Positions 35,507-41,935 of a stretch of 41,935 nucleotides of DNA are shown piece by piece; the first letter of the stretch is position 1; every line of letters starts with the position of its first letter. A program made the translations under genes and the position numbers. Origin of the DNA: an uncultured euryarchaeote (GTDB taxonomy: Archaea > Thermoplasmatota > Poseidoniia > MGIII > CG-Epi1); the NCBI GenBank assembly GCA_937893445.1, contig CALBFM010000057.1:1-41935 (forward strand), given 5' to 3'. The notes beneath the pieces were generated by a model. That model had not been told where the DNA came from. It saw nothing but the letters and a program-made list of their open reading frames with translations, and made no database searches.

Positions 35507-36099
35507 ATCCAGCGGACCTACAGAAGCGTCTGGGTGGTTCACTGCCAGGCATTGCAGCCTGGCGCAACATGGCTCCGGGGAAACGTGCGTTTCCGATAGA
35601 TATCGATGACTACCGCGATGCATCGGTATTGGTGGCACTCTTCCCAAAAGAGGGTGAATGGCGGCTACCGCTAATCGTGCGCACGGATGACGGAGGTATC
35701 CATGCCGGGCAGGTGGCTCTGCCAGGTGGCGCCCTCTTGGAGGATGAAACAATCGAGGGTGCTGCGCTCAGGGAAGCACATGAGGAGGTTGGTCTTCCAC
35801 CAGGAATAGTTACACTTCTGGGTAGGCTGAGTACGCTTCCGATTCCGGTCTCCCGTTTCCGGGTCACACCGGTGATTGGAACGCTTGCCATAGAGCCTGA
35901 ATGGAAACTTAGCGAACAGGAGGTAGAATCACTATTCACTGTTTCCCTAAACGCATTGAGTGATGAAAGCCGGTGGCGCAGTGAGGAAAGGCAATTCGGG
36001 GAACAGACAGTGACTATTCCCTACCTCGCCCTTGGCGGCGAGAAGGTTTGGGGAGCGACTGCGATGGTTCTGGCGGAGATAGCTGCGCTACTGGAATAG
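35503..36099 (+). CDS. NUDIX hydrolase, CoA pyrophosphatase-like
   Basis: HAGQVALPGG, plus the Nudix box GGALLEDETIEGAALREAHEEVGL. GTGA overlap with the pepD stop. Confidence 0.8.
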   Translation: MNPADLQKRLGGSLPGIAAWRNMAPGKRAFPIDIDDYRDASVLVALFPKEGEWRLPLIVRTDDGGIHAGQVALPGGALLEDETIEGAALREAHEEVGLPPGIVTLLGRLSTLPIPVSRFRVTPVIGTLAIEPEWKLSEQEVESLFTVSLNALSDESRWRSEERQFGEQTVTIPYLALGGEKVWGATAMVLAEIAALLE

Positions 36100-36999
36100 C
36101 TCACCGAGAGGCGCGACGAGAAGCTCCGAGAAGAGGTCTCCAACGAAGGCGCTCAGCAAAAACGCGCCGAAGAGTGGGATTATGTAGGGAATTTTCAGGC
36201 TCACCCATGGGTGCTTAACTCCTGCAGTAGCAAGAGCGTTCCACTCTGATGGAAGGTCAAGGTCGCGCTTGACCATCGGTGCCAGCACAGTCCTATTTCC
36301 AACGACACGTGTCATGGGCCAGACAAAGCTTTCACGCGCTTTTGTGAGATCCATACGCACTCCAAGCAATGCCTGTAGCCACGGTTTTTCCAGATTCCCG
36401 TGTGCAATATTCCATACCAGTAATCCAATGGGAATAGCAAGATAGAGCAAGAGCGAATTCATGAACACAACCCACGGGAACGGAAAGCCCTGGTCTCCGA
36501 AGGCTTGCAGTGTCGCGCCTGTATCTGGGGCAAACGGCACCAGCACCGCCACTGTCAGTAGTGCCTTGACGTCGGCGCCACCGATGGTTGGGCCGAAGTA
36601 ATACCAGCCATACATCATCACCATCAGCGCCAGCGCCGCGAGCAGATCTACCGCATAGCCCCCGGTGAGCAGTGCTCCCCATCCCTCGAATAGTGCGAAA
36701 TGCGCTATCCCGACCACGCCAGCCACCTGTATCGCGCGCCATGCCGTAAGCTCTCGGCCGTGGATGGCCTCGTCGTCAATCTGCGAGTACCAGAACAGTG
36801 CTCCGAGGGCAATTGCCAGCCCCCACGTACCGGCGCTTGCCTGTGTTTGCCACAATTCGGCCGCGAGCAAAGCTAGTCCGGCACCGCCGGCGAGCTGCCA
36901 GGTTCGGTCCGGCACGCGCCGTGTCTGCCAGTCACTCCAGGCACCGTATCCCAGAGCCACGGCGCCAATTACGAGTCGGATAGCATCGAGCGATTCCAC
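36088..36999 (-). CDS. A24-family aspartic membrane peptidase (preflagellin/prepilin peptidase, FlaK/PibD-like)
   Basis: SDWQTRRVPD (first Asp motif) and IGGADVKAL (second, GxGD-like), in a polytopic protein. Confidence 0.7.
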   Translation of the reverse strand: MESLDAIRLVIGAVALGYGAWSDWQTRRVPDRTWQLAGGAGLALLAAELWQTQASAGTWGLAIALGALFWYSQIDDEAIHGRELTAWRAIQVAGVVGIAHFALFEGWGALLTGGYAVDLLAALALMVMMYGWYYFGPTIGGADVKALLTVAVLVPFAPDTGATLQAFGDQGFPFPWVVFMNSLLLYLAIPIGLLVWNIAHGNLEKPWLQALLGVRMDLTKARESFVWPMTRVVGNRTVLAPMVKRDLDLPSEWNALATAGVKHPWVSLKIPYIIPLFGAFLLSAFVGDLFSELLVAPLGELFQ

Positions 37000-37020
37000 G
37001 GCTTCGGAGCCTGTCGGGGA

Positions 37021-37029
37021 TTAAATATA
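37021..37029. promoter_or_regulatory. Single TATA-like box TTAAATATA shared by two divergent genes
   Basis: It lies 22 nt from the minus-strand ATG at 36999 and 21 nt from the plus-strand GTG at 37050, in a 50-bp spacer. Confidence 0.5.
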
Positions 37030-37049
37030 GCACTATCCTCTCAATCTAC

Positions 37050-38753
37050 GTGGATATTGAGGAGCGATTTCTGCCGGGCGAGAAGTTCCTGAAGGAATAT
37101 CCGACGCTGAAAGTCGACCGACGCAGTGGTTGGAAAGCATACCTGACCAATCACCGACTTTTCATTGGAACATGGGATGAGCTGTGGGACATTGATACCA
37201 GCCGTATCGATTACCTTTCACGCGGCCTGCGGCCTCGCTTCTCGCCAGCGTGGCTGCTGCTCTGCCTCTTCCCCTACTTGGGGTGGCTGGCCTCGCCGTT
37301 CCTGATTGCGCTCTGGTACTTCATCCGCACTGAAGCGCTTGTTATCGGAACATCGTCAAGGCGCTGGCTGCTGTTCGCTGAGCCGGGTGAACTGGATGAT
37401 CTGGTTGATAACCTGCGGCTCAACACGGTGATGTCGCTGACTCCGGAAGGCGAGCGCGCCATTGTTGACGCAGAGGTGGAGAAGAAGAAGCGAGATTTAC
37501 TGCTCGGGCCCAAAGGGGAGGCTGCCGAGTGGGGCGAGAACGAATCCGGACCACGGCGTAGTGGCCATTTCTCGCTCGTGATTGCGTGGGTAGCATGGTA
37601 TGCTGGGACCTTCGGCCAGTCAGCTGGATTCTGGATACTACTGTCACTGCTCTCAGCCGCCGGCAGTTACTGGCGCTGGTGGAACCGCCGCACCCGCAAC
37701 CGGCTTGCTGGCCGTGAACCAAAGCCAGGCATTTCTGAGAGATTCTGGTACTGGGTAATACTGACACCACTGAAAATGCCCGTCATTCCAGCTCGATGGG
37801 AATTCTGGGCAATCGGATACAAGTGGCGCGCCGCTGAAGTCAGTGGCTGGGCTGCGTCCTTCCTGTTAACGATTGGGTTCCTGTGGGCACTCTGGATACA
37901 GAATCTGAAGCCATTCCTGTATCTGTTCGCGCTGGCCGTCACCATTGCCCTTATAGGAAAAGTCCTAGCAGGATTGCCAGGGCCGCGTTGGCGCATAGCG
38001 TTGCGCTCAGTAGCAGCAGTACTCATCGGGGTGGTGCTTGTACTACCTGCACTGGCCCTAGCACCTTTTTATGACGGAGCCAGCGCGTCACTACCAAGGA
38101 ACGCTATTCAAGGCGACGGCGGCAACGGCTGGGTGAAAGCATTCCAGCAAACTGAGACGATGGGGCTTGGACTGGCAGACATTCGCATCTCGTTCTATTT
38201 TGATGACGCTGAAGACGAAAATGGTGAGGAAGATGGGTATCCGGCGTTTCTGGTTCTCGTCGCCATCAAGATGCCATTCGACTTGGAGGAGGCAAACATG
38301 CTGGCAATATTGGACCAGCAGTTTCACGAACAAGCCATGGAGCAACGCGTCAACCTTACTGCACAGGTGCTTAATGGAAGCCGCACCACCACGCAGGGAT
38401 ACCAGACACAGTACATAATCTACAACGGTACTGCAGAAGCGTGGAACGAAGGTGTCGGCGCCTTGAACTACAACCTCACACAGGGAGCAGAATCACGCTA
38501 TATTGGCGAGGCGTGGAAGGTACCGGAGCTGAACTTGTTAGTTGTTGCCATGGGCATCGCCATGGTCCAAGGCGAGACAGTCAACGACCAGATTCCCGAT
38601 CCGGTACCGCTCCCGGAAGAAATGCAGGAGCTGCTGGACCAGGGCGAGGAAATCGTGCGGGAAGTATTCCCTGACTCATCTGATACGCACAACCCGCAGA
38701 ACTGGATTGAACTGTTCGAGCTGATACCTGAAACGGAGTGCTACGAACTCTAG
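37050..38753 (+). CDS. Hypothetical polytopic membrane protein with a PH/GRAM-like N-terminus and an acidic exported C-terminal domain
   Basis: LPGEKFL...AYLTNHRLFIG is a weak bPH/GRAM-like pattern. Several TM segments follow, and the C-terminal 200 aa are rich in N-x-S/T. Confidence 0.6.
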   Translation: MDIEERFLPGEKFLKEYPTLKVDRRSGWKAYLTNHRLFIGTWDELWDIDTSRIDYLSRGLRPRFSPAWLLLCLFPYLGWLASPFLIALWYFIRTEALVIGTSSRRWLLFAEPGELDDLVDNLRLNTVMSLTPEGERAIVDAEVEKKKRDLLLGPKGEAAEWGENESGPRRSGHFSLVIAWVAWYAGTFGQSAGFWILLSLLSAAGSYWRWWNRRTRNRLAGREPKPGISERFWYWVILTPLKMPVIPARWEFWAIGYKWRAAEVSGWAASFLLTIGFLWALWIQNLKPFLYLFALAVTIALIGKVLAGLPGPRWRIALRSVAAVLIGVVLVLPALALAPFYDGASASLPRNAIQGDGGNGWVKAFQQTETMGLGLADIRISFYFDDAEDENGEEDGYPAFLVLVAIKMPFDLEEANMLAILDQQFHEQAMEQRVNLTAQVLNGSRTTTQGYQTQYIIYNGTAEAWNEGVGALNYNLTQGAESRYIGEAWKVPELNLLVVAMGIAMVQGETVNDQIPDPVPLPEEMQELLDQGEEIVREVFPDSSDTHNPQNWIELFELIPETECYEL

Positions 38754-40264
38754 TCCCCGAACTGGATGCCCTGTGCTAGCGGCAGCTCGTCGCTCCAGTT
38801 GAGCGTGTTGGTCTGCCGGCGCATGTATGCCTTCCACGAGTCGCTGCCGGCTTCACGGCCGCCGCCGGTGTCTTTCTCTCCGCCGAACGCGCCGCCGATT
38901 TCGGCGCCACTCGTCCCAATATTGACATTGGCAATGCCGCAATCGCTGCCGGCGGCCGACAGGAAGCGCTCGACCGACTGCATGTCACGGGTGAAGATTG
39001 AGGACGAAAGTCCTTGGTCGACCGAATTATGCATCGCGATTGCATCTTCAAGTGAGTCGAATTCGAACAGGTAGAGGATGGGCGCGAAGGTTTCGTCTCC
39101 CACGATTTCCATACTTGGCTTTGCCTTGACGATTGTAGGTTCGACGTAGTGTCCCGTTTGGTCGAGCACGTTGCCTCCACACAGCACCTCACCACCCTGT
39201 TTCTTGATGGTCTCCAGCGCTGCACTATAGGTATCGACTGCCCCCCCATCGACCATCGGTCCCATCAGCGTGTCGGGGTCGAGTGGGTTTCCAATCTTCA
39301 CCTGCCCGTACGCCTTCACTAGTCTTCCGGTGATGTCAGAAGCTATGTCACGGTGCAGGAACAGCCGCCGCGTGCTCGTACAGCGCTGGCCAGTGGTGCC
39401 GACCGCGCCGAACAGGACGCCGCGCAGTACCATCTCTGGGTCTGCATCATCCATGGCAATTATGCCGTTGTTGCCACCCAGCTCGAGCAGCGAGCGGCCA
39501 AGGCGCTTAGCCACGGCTTCGCCAACCTTGCGCCCCATGTGGCACGAGCCGGTCGCAGAGACCAGCGGCACGCGCCGGTCATGAATCAGAAGTTCACCCA
39601 CGTCACGGCTGGAACCGACCAGCAGCGACATGACACCGTTCCATTCGAGTGGTTCCAGGACGTTATTGACGATTTTCTGGATGGCCACGGCTGTGAGTGG
39701 CGTCTTCGAGGAGGGCTTCCAAACCATCACGTCACCGCAGACGGCGGCAATCATCGCGTTCCAGGCCCAGACGGCACCGGGGAAGTTGAAGGCAGTGATA
39801 ACGCCGACTGTTCCTAGGGGGTGCCACTGCTCATACATGCGGTGCCCCGGTCGCTCGGAGTGCATGGTCTTACCGTAGAGCTGCCGGCTCAGGCCGACGG
39901 CAAAGTCGGCTATGTCAATCATCTCTTGCACCTCACCTTCACCCTCTGCCTGAATCTTGCCCATCTCCCATGCAATCAGCTTACCGAGCGCGACTTTGTG
40001 CTTACGGAATTCGTTCCCCAGCTGTCGCACGACCTCGCCCCGCGCGGGCGCTGGCTCGAGCCGCCAGCAGGCGAATGCTTTCGCCGCATTCGCCATGATA
40101 TTCTCGTAGTCTCCCGCATCGCACTGCCGGACAGAGGCAATCACCGCCTCGTCGGCTGGGGCAACTGACTCGAGCAGCGAGCCGGAACCGCACCATTCCT
40201 TGGCGTATCCACCGGCGTTCTCCGTCTCGATACCAAGTTCAGCGAGGAAGTCGAGCTTGCCCAT
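38750..40264 (-). CDS. Aldehyde dehydrogenase, ALDH7 (alpha-aminoadipic semialdehyde / piperideine-6-carboxylate dehydrogenase)-like
   Basis: EMGKIQAEGEGEVQEMIDIADFAVGLSRQLYG, SERPGH, ITAFNFPGAVWAWN, ELGGNN and GQRCTSTRR. The ATG at 40264 is preferred, 23 nt from the TATA-like CTTTATT at 40287-93. The track start is the TTG at 40276. Confidence 0.88.
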   Translation of the reverse strand: MGKLDFLAELGIETENAGGYAKEWCGSGSLLESVAPADEAVIASVRQCDAGDYENIMANAAKAFACWRLEPAPARGEVVRQLGNEFRKHKVALGKLIAWEMGKIQAEGEGEVQEMIDIADFAVGLSRQLYGKTMHSERPGHRMYEQWHPLGTVGVITAFNFPGAVWAWNAMIAAVCGDVMVWKPSSKTPLTAVAIQKIVNNVLEPLEWNGVMSLLVGSSRDVGELLIHDRRVPLVSATGSCHMGRKVGEAVAKRLGRSLLELGGNNGIIAMDDADPEMVLRGVLFGAVGTTGQRCTSTRRLFLHRDIASDITGRLVKAYGQVKIGNPLDPDTLMGPMVDGGAVDTYSAALETIKKQGGEVLCGGNVLDQTGHYVEPTIVKAKPSMEIVGDETFAPILYLFEFDSLEDAIAMHNSVDQGLSSSIFTRDMQSVERFLSAAGSDCGIANVNIGTSGAEIGGAFGGEKDTGGGREAGSDSWKAYMRRQTNTLNWSDELPLAQGIQFGD

Positions 40265-40313
40265 GCACGACGGCAATTACAGGAGCAATAAAGCGGTTGG
40301 GCCGCCGACTACC

Positions 40314-40320
40314 TTTAAAT
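40314..40320 (+). promoter_or_regulatory. TATA-like TTTAAAT
   Basis: Located 22 nt upstream of the idi ATG at 40342. Confidence 0.45.
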
Positions 40321-40341
40321 TGACCTCACCTGCCGACCAGC

Positions 40342-41013
40342 ATGGAGGCTGAGTCGCTCAACAAGCATGACGCGGAACAGGTCGCATTCATGACCGAGGA
40401 GTGTATCCTGGTCGATGAGAGCGATACTGTTACCGGCTCTGCCAGCAAGGTAACTTGCCACCATGGCGAGGGAGTACTGCACCGTGCCTTCAGCATACTT
40501 ATCTTCGATTCCGAAGACAGGCTGTTACTCCAGCAGCGTTCTCCCGAGAAAATCACGTTTCCGGGTGTATGGGCCAACACCTGCTGTAGCCACCCGCTGC
40601 ACTGCGATTCAGAGCTCGAAACGCGAGACGCACTAGGCGTCAAGCGCGCTGCACAGCGCAAGCTGGGGCATGAGCTGGGGATTCCGGAGACGGACGCACC
40701 GCTGGAGGACATGGTTTTCATGACTCGTATGCTCTACCGGGCGCGTGCCAGCTCAGAGTGGGTCGAGCATGAAATGGACCACATTATCTGTCTGCGCGCT
40801 GATGTAGAGCCAGCACCGAATCCGAACGAGATTACGAAGACGCGTTGGGTTACGCAGGCTGAGCTGCGCAAACTGCTCGACAGCGAGCTGATTGGTCCCT
40901 GGTTCCGGCTGATTGCCGAAAATCTCTTGCCAGCTTGGTGGGAGAATCTGGATGGCCTGGCTGAAATGGCAGATACGGAAATCCACGTCATGGGTGAGGT
41001 GGCATGGAACTGA
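40342..41013 (+). CDS. idi: Isopentenyl-diphosphate delta-isomerase, type 1 (Nudix-fold)
   Basis: HRAFSILIFDSEDRLLLQQRS, KITFPGVWANTCCSHPL (catalytic Cys context) and EWVEHEMDH. Confidence 0.88.
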   Translation: MEAESLNKHDAEQVAFMTEECILVDESDTVTGSASKVTCHHGEGVLHRAFSILIFDSEDRLLLQQRSPEKITFPGVWANTCCSHPLHCDSELETRDALGVKRAAQRKLGHELGIPETDAPLEDMVFMTRMLYRARASSEWVEHEMDHIICLRADVEPAPNPNEITKTRWVTQAELRKLLDSELIGPWFRLIAENLLPAWWENLDGLAEMADTEIHVMGEVAWN

Positions 41014-41921
41014 AGGAGGCGCTTGCAGCCAAGGCCGCGCCGGTCGAGGCAGCGCTGCGCGAATACCTGACAGTGCGAGAGCCGGCACAGCTCTACCGTG
41101 CCATGGCGCACATCCCTCTGGCCGGTGGCAAGCGGCTGCGACCGGTAATGGCGCTGCTGGCGTGCGAACTGGTCGGCGGCGATTCCGCCAAGGCGGTGCC
41201 GTATGCCGCCGCTCTGGAAACCATCCACAATTTTACTCTAATCCACGACGACGTGATGGACGAAGACGAGCTGCGGCACGGCGTGCCTTCGGCACACGCC
41301 GAGTTTGGTATCGCGACCGCCATCAACGCTGGCGACGCACTCTTCGCCTACGCGTTCGAGATGGTGACCGACAGCGACTGCAGCCAGGAAATGCGTGCCG
41401 AACTGGTGCGCCACGTCGCATCCACTGTACGAGAGGTTGCCGAGGGACAGCAGATGGACCTTGATTTTGAAGAGCGGGAGAAGGTCGCACCGGCCGAATA
41501 CCTCGAGATGGTACGGCTGAAAACGTCGATTCTCTTCGGTTCGGCCGCCTATGGAGGTGCACGCATAGGTGGCGCGAGCGAGGAACAGGCACGCGAACTG
41601 CGGCAGATGGCGATAGACGTCGGTCTCGGCTTCCAGATATGGGATGATTACCTCGACGCGACCGTCGCCGAGCGCGCGCGGCGGAAATACGACGAGCGAC
41701 TGGAACTGGATGGGATCGCCGACTACGACGAGATCCTGGCGCTATTGCAGAAGCGCGATCGAATCGACAGCGCCAGAAAGGTATCTCCGCTGCGAATACC
41801 TGACGATGCCGAATATATCGATACGAATCAGGTCTCTGCCGAGCAGGTTGCTGAAATGATCATCGAGAGCCTGGCCCGAAATGTGGGATTCGCGCCCGCG
41901 AGGTCGTTAGAACACGATTAG
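41004..41921 (+). CDS. Short-chain trans-prenyl (GGPP-type) synthase N-terminal two thirds joined in frame to a cytidylate-kinase-like C-terminal tail (chimeric ORF)
   Basis: GGKRLRP, FARM IHDDVMDEDELRHG and SARM FQIWDDYLD are followed directly by ATVAERARRKYDE...LLQKRDRIDSARKVSPLRIPDDAEYIDTNQVSAEQV. That tail matches the C-terminus of bacterial-type Cmk as I remember it. The ORF stops 14 nt before the window end. Confidence 0.6.
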   Translation: MELKEALAAKAAPVEAALREYLTVREPAQLYRAMAHIPLAGGKRLRPVMALLACELVGGDSAKAVPYAAALETIHNFTLIHDDVMDEDELRHGVPSAHAEFGIATAINAGDALFAYAFEMVTDSDCSQEMRAELVRHVASTVREVAEGQQMDLDFEEREKVAPAEYLEMVRLKTSILFGSAAYGGARIGGASEEQARELRQMAIDVGLGFQIWDDYLDATVAERARRKYDERLELDGIADYDEILALLQKRDRIDSARKVSPLRIPDDAEYIDTNQVSAEQVAEMIIESLARNVGFAPARSLEHD

Positions 41922-41935
41922 CGGTCGACTCCGCC

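Noticed and set aside
40734-41464. Overlapping 164-aa (minus) and 183-aa (plus) ORFs around the idi/prenyl synthase junction.
   Set aside because: These are Arg/Gly/Ala-rich alternative frames of clearly assigned genes.
1-41935. A search for CRISPR repeats, tRNA/rRNA genes, IS elements, integrases, and known defence or prophage genes.
   Set aside because: No regularly spaced direct repeats were found. No non-coding stretch is long enough for an rRNA, and no cloverleaf-like sequence occurs in the short spacers. No ORF carries transposase, integrase or defence-system motifs.

Overview
This is a gene-dense (about 90% coding) fragment of an archaeal chromosome. No rRNA, tRNA, CRISPR array, transposase or integrase is visible. 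Archaeal origin is supported by several features. There is an rpl1-rpl10(P0)-rpl12(P1) stalk operon whose proteins end in GLGAMFE / GLGALFG tails. There are also a geranylgeranyl reductase, a polyprenyl-diphosphate synthase and a FlaK/PibD-type A24 peptidase. In addition, a TATA-like box sits 21-26 nt upstream of most first-gene start codons, implying leaderless mRNAs. The mix of bacterial-type catabolic genes and large exported proteases suggests a planktonic heterotrophic euryarchaeon of the Marine Group II / Thermoplasmatota type; this lineage call is inference only. I call 40 CDS. Housekeeping genes are cysS (partial), tmk, nadE, class II B12-dependent RNR, cyclophilin, type-1 IDI and the stalk operon. 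Peptide and amino-acid catabolism is represented by M20 dipeptidase, PepD, an ALDH7-type dehydrogenase, acetoacetyl-CoA synthetase and a nitrilase-family hydrolase. Other genes include a duplicated ABC-2 exporter and a SCO1-centred putative copper module. Items worth follow-up: (1) an AmpG-like MFS permease with a sharp internal GC/codon break, next to a C26 gamma-glutamyl hydrolase; (2) a PHD-like C4HC3 finger protein; (3) a 1196-aa clostripain-like surface protease on a low-GC island, with three tandem uncharacterised domains; (4) a structured, repeat-bearing leader upstream of the RNR gene; (5) a SAP-domain coiled-coil protein behind the stalk operon; (6) rpl1 and one ABC ATPase gene, both lacking a canonical start codon; (7) an unlisted 55-aa AbrB-type gene; (8) a terminal ORF that joins a GGPP-synthase N-terminus to a cytidylate-kinase tail, possibly a chimera. 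I found no clear, self-contained novel defence or mobile system.
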